A program made the translations under genes and the position numbers. 64,000 bases of DNA from Octopus sinensis (Eukaryota), in contig NC_043005.1 of the NCBI RefSeq assembly GCF_006345805.1, forward strand, positions 2,356,001-2,420,000, in the 5' to 3' direction. Positions 39,060-52,556 of this stretch are shown piece after piece (the stretch's first letter is position 1; every line of letters starts with the position of its first letter). The notes beneath the pieces are model-generated. The model was not told the origin of the DNA, ran no database searches, and worked only from the letters and a program-made list of their open reading frames with translations.

Positions 39060-39235
39060 CTCCCTGATCAGAAGAGGCTAATTTGTCATGGGGTTACCCA
39101 TTTAATGCTGAGTTGGCTGTAGCAACGTGAAATGAAGAGTTTTGCTCAAGAACACTGTGAGCAGTCGTTCAAAGAAACGAGCCCATGATCTAGTATTCGT
39201 GTGTGCAACTGCCCTAAAAACTAGGCCACGCACCT
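39060..39235 (-). mobile_element. SINE family C (decayed)
   Basis: GCAACGTGAAATGAAGAGTTTTGCTCAAGAACAC..CTAGGCCACGCACCT is the reverse complement of the head. Confidence 0.65.
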
Positions 39236-39822
39236 TCATATCTGCTCTTTATAAAAAAAAACTACTCTGTACAGAAATATAACAGTTGCTCTTCATACGA
39301 TTATAAATACTCTACTCTACAAATAAACGTAACTGTGATTCCATACAGAAATATATATTTAGCTATATAGCTATATACAGAGATATATATCTGTCGTCCT
39401 ACAAGGAAATTAATTCGGAGCTCCATATATAAATGCAACTAAAGATCTTAATACACATATGATAGTATACTTAAACGCTAAAATAGTTCTCTAAATGGAT
39501 GTAGAATTGTTGCTCTATATAAAAATGTCTCTGTAGCGCTATTTTAAAACGGAACATTGTATACAATAATTGCATCCTTATATAGCAATATATAGCAATC
39601 TCTATATAGAGTAGAAGTTTCTAAATAGAAATAAATTATAGTTCTTTATAGAAATATAAATGTGGATCTAACTAGAGCTATATATAGACATATAGTTATA
39701 GCACTATATAGGAACGTAAAGGTAGTTCTATATAGAATTAATACAACTCTATATAGAAATATAACTGTAGTACAATATAGAAATATGAATAGAAATAGAA
39801 ATATGCTTCTATAGAAAAAAAC

Positions 39823-40130
39823 TGGCGTGGCTGTGTGGTATGAAGTTTGCTTTCCAACCAAATTGTTCCGGGTTCAGTCTCGCCGCGTGACACTTTGAGC
39901 ATGTGTCTTCTGCTATACCTAAGGCCTACCAAAACCTTGTGAGTGGATCTCGTAGAGGGAAACTGGAAGAAGCCCGTCGTGTGTATGCGTATGTACCTGT
40001 GAGAGACCGATAGAACAAGTACCATTCCCCAAAATAATGAAGAACTGGCGGTCGATTCGTTAGAGGCGTTGCCCCAGCATGACCGCGGTTTAATGACTGA
40101 AACAAGTGAAAAATAAAAAATAAAAGATAA
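39823..40130 (+). mobile_element. SINE family B (internally shortened)
   Basis: GGCGTGGCTGTGTGGTA head, CCGGGTTCAGTC B box and ACTGAAACAAGTGAAAA tail. Confidence 0.8.
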
Positions 40131-40241
40131 AACAAAAAAACAGAATTTTAGCTCTATATAGAAGGAAAATTGTATCTGACATAGAAATAAATTAGTAGTT
40201 CTATATAAAAATAGAACGGTGGTACTGTCTAGGAATATATT

Positions 40242-40653
40242 TATTTCTGTATTGCTCACAAGGGTAAACACAGAGGGGACAAACAAGGACAAACAAACGG
40301 ATCAAGTCGATTACATTGACTCCAGTGCGTAACTGGTACTTATTTAATCGACCCCGAAAGGAGGAAAGGCAAAGCCGACCTCGGCGGAATTTGAACTCAG
40401 AACGTCACGGCAAACGAAATACCTATTTCTTTACTACCAACAAGGGGCTAAACACAGAGAGGACAAACAAGGACAGACAAAGGGATTAAGTCAATTACAT
40501 CGACCCCAGTGCGTAACTGGTACTTATTTAATCGACCCGAAAGGAGGAAAGGCAAAGCCGACCTCGGCGGAATTTGAACTCAGAACGTAACGGCAGACGA
40601 AATACTGCTAAGCATTTCGCCCGGCGTGCTAACCTTTCTGCCAGCTCACCGAC
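40242..40653 (-). mobile_element. SINE family A with tandemly duplicated 3' part
   Basis: Two consecutive body/tail units joined at AAAGAAATAGGTATTTCGT. Confidence 0.85.
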
Positions 40654-40714
40654 TATTGGCTAGGAATATATTGACATATAAATATATTTACAGATATATT
40701 TGGAGTTTTCTGTG

Positions 40715-41015
40715 AAGGCACGTGGCTTAGTGGTTAGGGGTATTCGGTTCACGATCGTATGGTTGTGAGTTCAATTCCCGGCGACGCGTTGTGTCCTTGA
40801 GCCAGCCACTTTATTTCACGTTGCTCCAGTCCATTCAGCAAAAATGAGCTGTACCTGTATTTCAAAGGGCCACCCTTGCCACATTCAGTGTCACATTGAA
40901 TCTCCCCGAAAGCGTACGTTAAGGGTACGCATGACTGTGGAATACTCAGCCATTTTCACGTTAATTTCACAAGCAGGTTGTCCCGTTGATTGGATCAAGT
41001 GGAACCCTCGTCGCC
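40715..41015 (+). mobile_element. SINE family C variant
   Basis: GAAGGCACGTGGCTTAGTGGTTAGGG head, GAGTTCAATTCCC B box and TTTATTTCACGTTGCTCCAG core; a 3' piece is also at 56058-56190. Confidence 0.8.
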
Positions 41016-43079
41016 GTAACTTACAGAGTGCTCGTTTAGTTCTCTCTACAAATGTAATTGAAGCTGTATAAGGATAGATAATTCTGAATCTATTTAAAGA
41101 TATAAGAACTCTATGTGAAGCTATAACGACAGCACTACATAGAAATAGAACTAGAATATATACATAGAGATACAACTATACAACTCTATATACATCTCTA
41201 TACAGATATGTAGACAGATAACCGTTGCTCTTTTCGAAAATGTGAATGTGGTTCTTTGTAGAAATATTGCTGTAGCCCTATATAAAAATACAATTCTTTC
41301 TCTAAGGATAAATATAAGTGTAGCTCTATATACAAATATTGCTGTAGCTTACATAGAAATAAACAAGTAGTTTTATATAAAGATAATGTTGTGGCACTAC
41401 ATAGAAATATAATGATCTATATCGACCTATAACTATTTCGTATAGAAATATAGTTTTTTTTTCTACAAATATAACTGTCGCGGTACATAGAAATATAATG
41501 GTAAAGCTATTTAGAAATATAACAACTCTATATAAACAAAAAAGAGTAGCACAAAAAAATAGAACTGTGACGACATATAGACGTACAATTCTAGTTCTAT
41601 AAATGTTGCTCAATATAGACGTCCAACTGTGGCTCTATGTAAAAATACAACTCCATACAAAAATACAAGTGTAGAGAAATAGTACAAGAGCTCTCGATAA
41701 CAATGTAAAGGGTGCCCTGAATAAACATATAGCAAAAAATATTCTTGTTGCTGCACATAGAAGAAAAATGCCAACATGTAATGAAATACGAATGTAGATC
41801 TCTATTTGGCTCTATAATGAAATATAACTACTCTATATAATATAAGAATATAGAGGTAGCTCCATATATGAATAAAACAGAAGCTCTATGTAGAAGAAAA
41901 CTGTATAGAAATTATAGCTGTGGCTCTACATAGACAAACGCTTGCTCTCTAGAGAAATTTGACGGTATCTCCATAAAAATTTAGCTCGATATAGAAATAT
42001 TCGTGTTACTCTAAATAGAAACATGTCTAAGCTCTATGTAAAATGTGACTGTAGCTCTATAGAAAATATAACTGTAACTCTATATACAAATATTTCTGTT
42101 GCTGGTTAAACAAATATAACTGAAGTACTATATAGAAATATAATGGTCGTTCCATGGAGAGATACAATGACTGGTCTATATGAAAATATTATTTCTGAAT
42201 ATAGAAATTTCACTATTGTATATAGAAATATAACTGTAGCTTTCTATAAAATATAACTGATGGGATATGTGAACATACAAATGTAGCATCATCACTGTCG
42301 TTCCCTTCATAAATGTATACATAGCAACAGAGAAATATCTATATAGCTCTATAAAGATATACGTATATCTCTAGGTGTATCAATAAAGATATCGATGTTG
42401 TTCTATACAGAAATATAACTGATTTTATATGGAAATAAAACAGTAGCGCTCTGCAGAAATATAATCGTAGCTATATATCATTCACCCAAGGTCAACTTTT
42501 AGTTACTCGCCAGTACTTCTAGGCGTCACCACTAATTCAGTTCTCAACCAAATTAAATACACCGTTTTAGCAATGATGATCAAATCTTCAGCGACGGTTT
42601 AACAACAAATAACTGCAATTTTATTCATTCAAAAGAAAGTTAGGTCAAAATATGTGAAGTCAAAACTGGGAGAGTAAGGCGAAAAACTGACTTTAAATTA
42701 AAATATCTCAGTTATTTCAAAAGAAAATTATAGATTGTGTTTAAAGGAATGTGGTCATTCAGAAGAGTATTTTAGTGAAAAATTAGCTAAAACAAAATTA
42801 TAAGAGAAGAAAAAAGATGCGTGGCTTTATGTGATGAAAAACAAGGCAAGTAACCCCCAAAATTGATTTGGAATCAAAATAGCTCAGCTATTGTTAAGGA
42901 AAACTACAGAATCGTTCTGTTCATGTAAAAGAGGTATATGAGAGGAATCTTGTGGTAAAAACTTCGTCAAAAAATATTTACTACAAAAAAAGTATTGTGA
43001 CTTTAAGTGGCGAAAAGAAAAAAAGTGATCATTCTGATAAATCTAGATATGTTTTCATTTTATAAAATATAAAACCCGA

Positions 43080-44206
43080 TACCAGAGGTTGCTTAGCTTT
43101 AATGGTCCAGTCCAATGCCAGAGGCTGCTTGGTGTAACGATCCAGTCCGATGCCAGAGGCTGCTTAGCTTTAATGGTCGAGACCAATGCCAGAAGTTGCT
43201 TAGTGTAATAGTCCAGCCCGATGCGAGAGGTTGCTTAGTGTAACACCCCTCCAACGTGACGTCGGTGATCGAGAAGCAAGCGAAGTCACTCAGAGATAAT
43301 CATGACTTTACTCGTCTAACTATACTGTTATAACGAAGCGGACGTTATAACAGTCCGACGTTCGATTACAACAGTACGGGTCCTGTCAGATACCGAAGCA
43401 TGCTTACTGTAATAGTTCAGCCCGGTATCTGAGGCTGCTTAACTTTCATGGTCCAGCCCGATGCCAGAGGTTGTATAGCGAAATGCTCCAGTTCGATGCC
43501 AGAATTTGCTTAGGTTTAATGATCGGGACCGATGCCAGGGGTTTCTTAGTTTCAATGGTCCCGCTTGTTGCCAGAGGTTGCTAAATGTGTAATGGTCCAG
43601 CCTAATGTCAGAGATTGCTTAACTTTAAAAGTCCAGCCCGATTCTAGAAGTTCCTTAGTGTAATAGTGCAGCCCGAGGCCAGAGGTCGCTTAGTGTAATG
43701 GTCCAGCCCGATGCCAGAAGTTCCATAGTTTTCATCGTCCAGCCTGATGCCAGAGGTTGCTTCATACAATGGTCGTTACCGATGCCAGAGGTTGCTTAGT
43801 GTAAAGTTCGAGCCCGACGGCAGAGGTTACTCCGTATAATGGTCCAGCCCGATGGAGAGAGCCTTAACAAAGTCGAATAAGGAAGTCGCGGATGAGGTAG
43901 CTCTACAACAATTACCAAGAGTATACCGAGTGGCACCAAATGCAAACACACCGGCGGCAGGTGTGTCACCACATGCACAAGCGAAAGGAAAAGAAAATGT
44001 ACGGAGTTCCTGGAAGTGAATGACAAACAAATAAAATATTAAATTTGTAGCTAAAGGAAAAACAAAAAACCTCAAAACAGGGAGGTGAAGGTTATTGTTA
44101 ATAAAAAGAAATAAAATTACACTTTCTATTTAAAAAATCTTAAAAGGAGAGATGTTATGGCGATAATAATAATAATAATAATAATGATAATAATAATAAT
44201 AATAAC

Positions 44207-44273
<67 letters not shown>

Positions 44274-44680
44274 TAATGCAACACCCCTCCTACGTGACGA
44301 GTGGTGTTGGGGTCGTTACAACTACTGTAACGTAGGAGGTCGAGAAGTAGGCGAAGTGGGTCATAGATAATCGTCTGTTTTAATGGTTTCTTAGCTTGTA
44401 ATGTTCCAGCCCGATGCCAGAGGTTTCTTGGTGTAGTGGTCCAGCCTGATGCCAGAGGTTGTTTTGTGTAATGGTCCATTCCGATGCCAGAATTTGCTTA
44501 GTGTAATGGTTCAGCCCGATGCCAAAGGTTGCTTTGCTTTAGCGGTCCAGCCCGATGCCAGAGGTTGCTTAGCTTTTAATGGTCAGTGGTTGCATAGCTT
44601 TAATGGTTCAGCCCGATGCCAGAGTTTTCTTTGTGTAATGCCCGTTGCCAAAGTTTTCTTAGCTTTAATGATCTAGCCCC
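43080..44680 (+). repeat. 35/36-bp head-to-tail satellite (CCGATGCCAGAGGTTGCTTAGTGTAATGGTCCAGC) in three blocks
   Basis: Roughly 25 units at about 43080-43245, 43410-43850 and 44395-44680, with no spacers. Confidence 0.92.
43852..44019 (+). mobile_element. Gypsy-type integrase C-terminal remnant
   Basis: MERALTKSNKEVADEVALQQLPRVYRVAPNANTPAAGVSP resembles the gypsy integrase L..FL..YR.TPN..T...SPA motif. Confidence 0.55.
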
Positions 44681-45966
44681 CTTAGCTGTAATTAGGAAGA
44701 TACCGGGTTGGATTCTCTGTAGAGGCTTGCAGGTCAATATTCCCCTTTTCTAAGGGTATCTACTCCTTCTCCTAAATTGTACTCACAGTTATTGTATTTT
44801 CGAGATTTCCTTCATTTACTGTAAATTCCCAACTCGGTCGGCGTTTCAGGGTTTGTGTATAAAAATATGTCCTTCGCGCATGGCAGTCAACTTTTAGTCA
44901 GCCGCCAGAATTTCTAAGCTTCCTCTCTAATTCAGTTATTTTCAATTTAATATTATTGATTTTAAAATTCCTTTATATTAAGCTAAAACATTTGACTTAT
45001 TTTTAGCATCACTAGAATGAAAAACATAAAGGCAAATATAATTAATTATAATAATAGTAGTGTTGCCTGGAAAAATGGTGGACTAGAATGAAAAATATAG
45101 GCACAGAATGCTAGAATATTCTTAGGTATTGAACCTGGAAAAGTACAAAACCTTAAAATACTGCTGCTGAAGTTAGAATTTAAAGACTAAAATAGTAATA
45201 AATGCCCTTGAATACTTTTTATTTTTACATAAAATTTTTAACTAAAATACTCAAGAAGCCATTTATTTTCAACTTTAGTGAAAAGATTAATTGCCTACAA
45301 ATTTACGCAATATCAATTTGATATTACAAATTTTATGCTTTGATATTTTTTTTAAAATAGTCACATTGTAGCAATTTAAGCAGAATCGACAATGTTTTAT
45401 AACCGTTGCGTATTGTTTTAACCAAGAAAGTCGTTTCTACATTTTGCACTTATTCATTACCCTTGGTTTTTTTTTTATATTCTCCAGGCTTTAAATAGAA
45501 AACACATTGTTATCTGATAAGACACACTTTAAAGAAATGAATTCTTTAGTGTCTTTAAATCTTCTTTTTGGTATTTTCCCTCTTATTTTTTAATTGCATA
45601 TATTCTATATGAGTTTAATTTTAGTTAAGAAAATGAATTTTTTTAAATGATATAAAACTAAAAATAAGATGGAAATGCTTTAGTTTAGTGCAAAGAAATC
45701 TTGAAATCAAAAATATTAACTTGAAATATTTAAATACAATAAAAAGCCCAAAACTATAGAAAACAAAGTGCACACACAACTTGAGGAACAATTCTAGAAA
45801 TTTATTTCGTAAATTCTAATTTCAACAGCAATAATTTACGTTTTTGTTCTTGTTCTGTACTTTTCCAGATTCAATACTTCAGAATATTCTAGCATTCTGC
45901 GCCCGCATTTTTCATTCTAGCAGAAATTTAATTCTTGTTGCATCTGGAAATATTGTAGCAGCGATA

Positions 45967-46030
<64 letters not shown>

Positions 46031-46119
46031 GCTTCCTCTGTCTCTCTCTCTCACTCACTCACTCTCTCTCTCTCTCTCTACATACACACATATATATGTT
46101 TGTATATACATATATATTC

Positions 46120-46157
<38 letters not shown>

Positions 46158-46175
46158 GTATGTATGTATGTATGC

Positions 46176-46245
<70 letters not shown>

Positions 46246-46759
46246 ATAAGAATCCAAATGTTAAGGAATGGCGTAGATCAGATCTAGGTTACATATGTTT
46301 CCGAAGCGGACGGAGCCTCGGAAGTGGAAAATATCCAAACGATGTGTATACCTCAGGCTAGTCTTCAGGCCAAGGATGTCTTGATTGATTGAAAGTGTAC
46401 ATTGTCGCAAGGAAGTAAATGTTAACTGATGGAAGATTCAACCAGAATGTGAAGAGAATACAATAGGAGAATATAAATGTAGAGAGAAATAAGGATTAAA
46501 ATATGGAAAAGAAAATGAATAAGAGGATGGGGAAATATTTTTGATGAAGGGGGAGAAAATGTGTGCATGAGAAGGGGGATAAAAGTGTGTTGTTCTCTAT
46601 TTTTGTAAGAGATATTAGTTGGGCATTGTGGTAAATTTAAGGGTCAGGTGTTAGTAGTGGAATTATAGTTGGAGTTATGAGTGTTCTGCTACTCTCACTG
46701 TTACTTCTGAACAACATAACACATAAGACTAATCACTTAGAACAATACAAACCTCAAGC

Positions 46760-47760
46760 TACCCTTGCCTCGACATTCCTGTTAAATGTACGTGGCATCA
46801 ATCCATCACGCACTCCTCCAAAATGGAAGATTCCTTACATAGAGGGTTGGCTTGCCGAAACGGCACACTGCATCCCTTTCTTTATACTTGCTGAAACTCA
46901 CCTAAACAGCACTCACGTGGATGCTGAGAGGAAAATAAAAGAATTCACCATCATCCGCACAGACCAAAATAAAGGAAGGACAGTCATTTTTCTCCATGAC
47001 TCCTTTGCAGTTGATGCCAAGAACATATTTTCCAATGGCTACTGTGAATCAATATCATTATTCAACAAGGTCAAAGGCATAACCATTGTTGGTCGCTGCA
47101 GGCTTCCCCAATCACCTCTAAAGTACACAACAAAATCAAATCCTTCCTTAAAAAATACAAATCCGGAAACATCCTGGTGATGGGCGATTTTAACTTCCCT
47201 TATATAAACTGACCCACAAATACTCTAAGCTAGGCAACTGCACAACACCAGACAAAGCAGTAGGAGAATTATTCTTTAATCTAATGGATGAATTCATCCT
47301 GACACAGCTATTGTTCGAACCAACAAGACAGAATAAAACGATCTTGGATCTGACATTAACAAACCGTACTAGCTCCATTCACAGCATTTCAGTTGAAAAG
47401 ACTCTTCTCTTGCACCGCGACACTGCAACTTTAATTTCCAGCATATCAAAACCAAACCAGCCAATCCGGTCCAGAGAAAAAGGTATCATGAGTCCTCTTT
47501 TCTTCTCCTTTGTACGGCAACACCTCGAATAGTGCAACCCCCTGTAGTCACCTCATACAAAACGAAACATATCGAAAACCGAATCACCCCAGAGGTCATT
47601 TACTAACAGAATTAAGGGCATGACTGACTTCGATTATTGGGACGGCCTCGAAGCATTGAAACTCTATTCTCTCTCGTGCCGCCGTGAGCGATACATCATT
47701 TGCCAGATGTGGAGGATATAGCTAATCCTATCATGTCGTGCTATTAAATTAGACATGGCC
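46760..47760 (+). mobile_element. CR1/L2-type LINE remnant: APE endonuclease fused to the C-terminal region, RT missing
   Basis: LLNVRGI, LAETHL, IIRTD, LVMGDFNFP, EPTR..ILDLTLTN; then FDYWDGLEALKLYSLSCRRERYII at about 47630-47720. Confidence 0.8.
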
Positions 47761-47879
47761 GAGACCAATCTTTGATCGAAACATATCTAAGTTATATAAG
47801 TGATCGAAGTAAATGATAAAAATAAATATATATATATATAGAGAGAGAGAGAGAGGGGGGAGAGAGAGAGAGAAGGCGA

Positions 47880-48270
47880 GTGAGACAGGTGTTCTCTAAG
47901 GTAAGAAGTTTGCTTCTCAACCATGATTCCGGGTTCAATCTCACTGCGTGCCTCTTTGGGCAAGTGTCTCCAACTAAACCTCGGGCCAACCTTAGTCCTG
48001 TGGGTGGATTTGGTAGACGGAAACTCAGTGTGTATGTATGTGCGTGTGTGTGTGTGTGTTTGTGTCTCTGTGTTTATGTTCTACCACCGCTTGACAACCG
48101 GTATTGATGTGTTTATGTCCCCGTAACTTAGTGGTTCGGCAAAAGAAACCAATAGAACAAGTACCAGGCTTTAAAAAAACCAGTGCTTGGGTTAATTCAT
48201 TTGTTTAAAAGTTCTTCAAGGCCGTGTCCCTGCTCGGACGCAGTTCAAAGACCGACACAGCTAAAAGATG
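47880..48270 (+). mobile_element. SINE family B
   Basis: CCGGGTTCAATC B box, TGGATTTGGTAGACGGAAACT body and GGTTCGGCAAAAGAAACC. Confidence 0.8.
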
Positions 48271-49889
48271 TTAACTACTTCAATCAAAAACAATAACTGA
48301 AGTGCTATATAGAAATATAATTGCATCTACTTGTCTGTAGCTTTAAATGGAAAAATATATGTTGCTGTCTATTGACATGCAATTGTAGCTTTATGTAGAA
48401 ATACCCCCCTGCTCTTTAGAATGGACTAAGTGGAGCAGGTCGATACACGAGGTCGGAAAGTGTCGCTGAAGAGGTGACAGATGTGTGACGAAAGATTTCC
48501 GGACAATGGACATCAGTTGAAATAAGAACAGTAATAAAGGAGTGAGGAACGAATATATAGTGCATGTGTTTCCCTGGCAAAAAAAAATATGTACGACGCG
48601 TTGAAATATGACAATATCTGTTTCAACACACGGTTTCACATCAGGAATCTTGCAACACAAATTCATAAACGTAGTTCTATATACATATATAACTATTGTT
48701 CTATATCATAAGACAATATAACTACTCTATACCGAAACAGTGGTGTTTCTCTAGAGAAATATAACTGTAGCTCAATATAGAAAAAATAACTGCATCTTTA
48801 TAGTTCTATATAAACATCTTCCTCAGTTTGTGATCAAGTTTTATAGAGAGGTAAAAACATTTTCCTGAAAGTGTTCAGGAATATAACTAGCTCTCGATTT
48901 CCGGACTATGTTGCGTGTCGTCTCCCTAAACAAGACACTCTATTTTCCCCTGCTCTAGTTTTCTCAGCTAAAATTAAAACTGTTCTAGTTCACTCCTGTG
49001 TTCCCTGCATCCCTGGTGTCTCTTTGCGGATGTCCTGCTGGATCAATGAAGATGCCAAGAATAATTATGAGAAGCCTGGTCCATGCTTGCGAGTGACGAC
49101 TGTGATTTTCTACTCAGGCAAATAAAAACAAAGAAAAAACGAAAGAAAGAATGGAAGACAAAGAATTCAATACTTTTATTGGTCTCGTTAAATATAGAAT
49201 TTTTTTCGCTTTTTTGTTTTTCTTTTGTTTTCAGAAATACAAATTTTAAATTCCAGAAATCGAAGATAGAATTTTCCATTTCTGATATTCAGTATTTGTC
49301 AATCCAAACTTTACTTCCGGATTAAGCTAGAGATAAAAAAAACAGTATAATATAAATTAGACAACAGTACGGAGAAAGAGAAAGAGAGAGAGAGAACAAG
49401 TGAAAGCAGAAAATTAATGAAATAGAAAATAAGGAAAAAAATGGTAAAGTAATTAGAAAGAATGAGTTAAGTTTGCATTAAAATTAATGCGGTGAGCCTG
49501 AAATAACTTATTTAAAATATGTGGTGAGGAAAGGACAATAACGTTATAACAAATTCATTTCAGTGTGTAGGAGGATCAACTGTCGACATGTTCAGGCCTT
49601 ATTAGATCTTCTCAGCGAAGTGTAGAATTTAGTGTCTGCTAATTCTTTTTTTTTTTTTTTTTGTAATTAGATTTTTCTAATGCTAATTGCATTAGATATG
49701 GTAACATGAACTTAACTTTTGTTTTTCGTGTAGATGGCGTCCCTGATTCATTATGAATGATTTATTTCCTCCGCGATAATTCTTAAAATAGTTTTTTGCA
49801 TCTATCCGTGTAGAATGTTGTACACTTAGTGACTCTCTCATCACGACTTTAAGAAGTACGGTGATATCTATACGTCACTGTGAAGGTTT

Positions 49890-50080
49890 AGTAGCATAGA
49901 AACAGGTCCCAGGTTAGCTCCCTTAGGGCCCGAATCGGTTGATATATAATATTAGTTAATGAACTAAAGTCGTTTTCTTTACACACCACATATTTATATC
50001 TAATATTTTCCAAGCTCACTCGTTAATGATGTTAAATCTAACTTGAATATTGCTTTTTATGCAGACAGCCTCATTGAGTA
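49890..50080 (+). pseudogene. Very decayed non-LTR RT fragment
   Basis: Frame-broken traces of the GVPQGSxLGP motif (ACAGGTCCCAGG..CCCTTAGGGCCC) and the YADD motif (TTTTATGCAGAC). Confidence 0.4.
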
Positions 50081-50207
50081 AATAATCTCAGGGATTTGTT
50101 TTTCTAAATAAATTTCATGTTTACTAGATCGTTCAGGTGTAACTGAGTGCGTTAGCTCCATATAATGTCATGAACTAGGATTAGGAAATTTATTCGCCAG
50201 ATTATTA

Positions 50208-50275
<68 letters not shown>

Positions 50276-51084
50276 GAGTGAGAGAGCAGTGCGTGCCATC
50301 AAAGTGATACTGGGGTAAAATATACGAAGCCCAGCATACCCATCATGACTACCTATTTCTTTATTACCCACAAGGGGCTAAACATAGAGGGGACAAACAA
50401 AGACAGACATAGGTATTAAGTCGATTATATCGACCCCAGTGTGTAACTGGTACTTAATTTATCGACCCGAAAGGATGAAAGGTAAAGTCGACCTCGGCGG
50501 AATTTGAACTCACAACGTAACGGCAGACGAAAAACCGCAAAGCATTTCGCCTGGCGTGCTAACGTTTCTGCCAGCTCGCCGCCTTAGTGACTACCTGTCT
50601 GACTACCTGTCTGATAAGGGTACACTAGGCACATGCATCACAACCATATGTGCGCGACATGGTGATCTTATATCAAGATAAACAGCACATGACCTTGCAG
50701 GTAGGGCCCAGTTAGAATGTTCTTCTGGTCGAGTAGCCCATCCCGCTCAAAAGGTCCCTGAATAAGGGTTGTTTAAGGATGTTGAACGAAACACCCATGT
50801 TTCCAGAGGTGAAATATTCAAAACCCAAAGAATCCCTCTCAACACATGGCTATGATGCTCCCTCACAACTTCTGCTTGTGATCAGAGATGCACATATCGT
50901 CAGCCACTAAGGGACATGCTCAACTGGCTATGGTCAAACAACTGACAAGCAAATCTGTGGTATTGAGCAAAATATTTGCTGTAGTCCATCTTTTATACCA
51001 AGGCAAAACAATGTACATGATAACACTTCCAATCAGGTAAGATCAGAAGCCATGAGAACCACTGCCTGGTACTGCATCAGGGAT
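50276..51084 (-). mobile_element. Non-coding (AAT)n-targeted element (about 580 bp) carrying a nested SINE
   Basis: Flanked by (ATT)n on both sides; an uninterrupted partial copy lies at 56823-57188; no ORF. Confidence 0.75.
50354..50583 (-). mobile_element. SINE family A, full length, nested
   Basis: GGCGGCGAGCTGGCAGAAACG head to AATAAAGAAATA tail; TGACTACC is repeated on both sides (50346-50353 and 50588-50595). Confidence 0.9.
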
Positions 51085-51116
51085 TTATTATTATTATTAT
51101 TATTATTATTATATTA

Positions 51117-51156
<40 letters not shown>

Positions 51157-51167
51157 TATTATTATTA

Positions 51168-51207
<40 letters not shown>

Positions 51208-52182
51208 TTTCTACAATTCTTTTGTACACACGTGGCAATAATTCAACATCTTAGATTAACTGCTACAAAATGTTATAACATTAACTTATTCGAGAACAAG
51301 GACCAAAATCAAATCCGCTCATCATATTCCTCACAAGAATATGAGAGACAGCCATATTTTACATATTTTACTATGAACTCGAATAAATTGGGATGCTGAG
51401 GTCAGCAAAAAGAACCTGACGTTTCGGAACAAGTACTTCATTTGACAAAGAGAAGTTGTAAATGTCACATTTAAATAGAAACAATGAACGGAAATTCACC
51501 GAAGCTCAATTACATTTGGATATTGATCTTTAACTATTCACTAACATCATTAAAGAACACCACACTCCACATTTCTTTTTATATACTCTCTAACATTAAT
51601 TTGCTTGTTTACTGTTCCTCCTCCTCCTCCTCTTCTCTCCTTTTCCTCCTCAATTATATTCTTAGCTTTACCTGAACTCTCAGCTGAAACTGTTTTTTTT
51701 ACTTTTTATTTTTCTCTCAGACGAAAGTTCATCACAAAACGAGTGTCGCCTTCCCCCACCCCCATCCCCCAAACACACGGAAACACAACTCGAACTCATG
51801 ATCTGTTTCTATAATGTGTGCCACCAGCATTGCCCTGGATTCTGATTTACACGCAACGCCGTCATGATTGCCGTTGTTGTTGTCCTCTGAGTACCAGTAT
51901 TTAGAGTTACATCCATTTACGTTCTGTGTAGACTTTACATCATAAAACCAGTTCCAGTGAAACACTTCAGTTTATTGTAACCTTTACAACCATCTCTAGC
52001 CTCTCTGTGTATGCGTGTGTGTGTGTGTGTGAGTGTGTGTGTGAGTGTGTGTGTGTGTGGGGGGGGGGGTTAATATCCCCCGAAGATTACAGGACTATTA
52101 CCTCAGATATGAAATTATCAATAACAGTATGCTGATCAAAACATTTTATATAATACAAACATGTATACATATATATATGCAC

Positions 52183-52219
<37 letters not shown>

Positions 52220-52222
52220 ATG

Positions 52223-52266
<44 letters not shown>

Positions 52267-52353
52267 GTATATACATTATATATATATGATTATATATATA
52301 TATAATATATGTATATACATATATATATGATATATAATATATATATATATATA

Positions 52354-52388
<35 letters not shown>

Positions 52389-52437
52389 ATATATATATAT
52401 ATGATATATATATATATATGATATATATATATATATA

Positions 52438-52490
<53 letters not shown>

Positions 52491-52508
52491 CATATATATA
52501 TATAATAT

Positions 52509-52554
<46 letters not shown>

Positions 52555-52556
<2 letters not shown>

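Larger units (their letters stand above)
38690..42480 (+). repeat. Decayed ~24-bp satellite (consensus about TCTATATAGAAATATAACTGTAGC) interleaved with SINEs
   Basis: Recurrent TATAGAAATATAACTGTAGCTC variants at 38.7-38.9, 39.25-39.8, 40.15-40.24 and 41.04-42.48 kb; further patches at about 48.3 and 48.7 kb. Confidence 0.75.

Noticed and set aside
42700-42860. Possible Tc1 C-terminal remnant
   Set aside because: Only faint similarity (E..W....KL...RC..) with many stops; insufficient to call.
43080-44680. 35-bp repeats superficially like a CRISPR array
   Set aside because: The units are head-to-tail without unique spacers, there are no cas genes and the context is eukaryotic.
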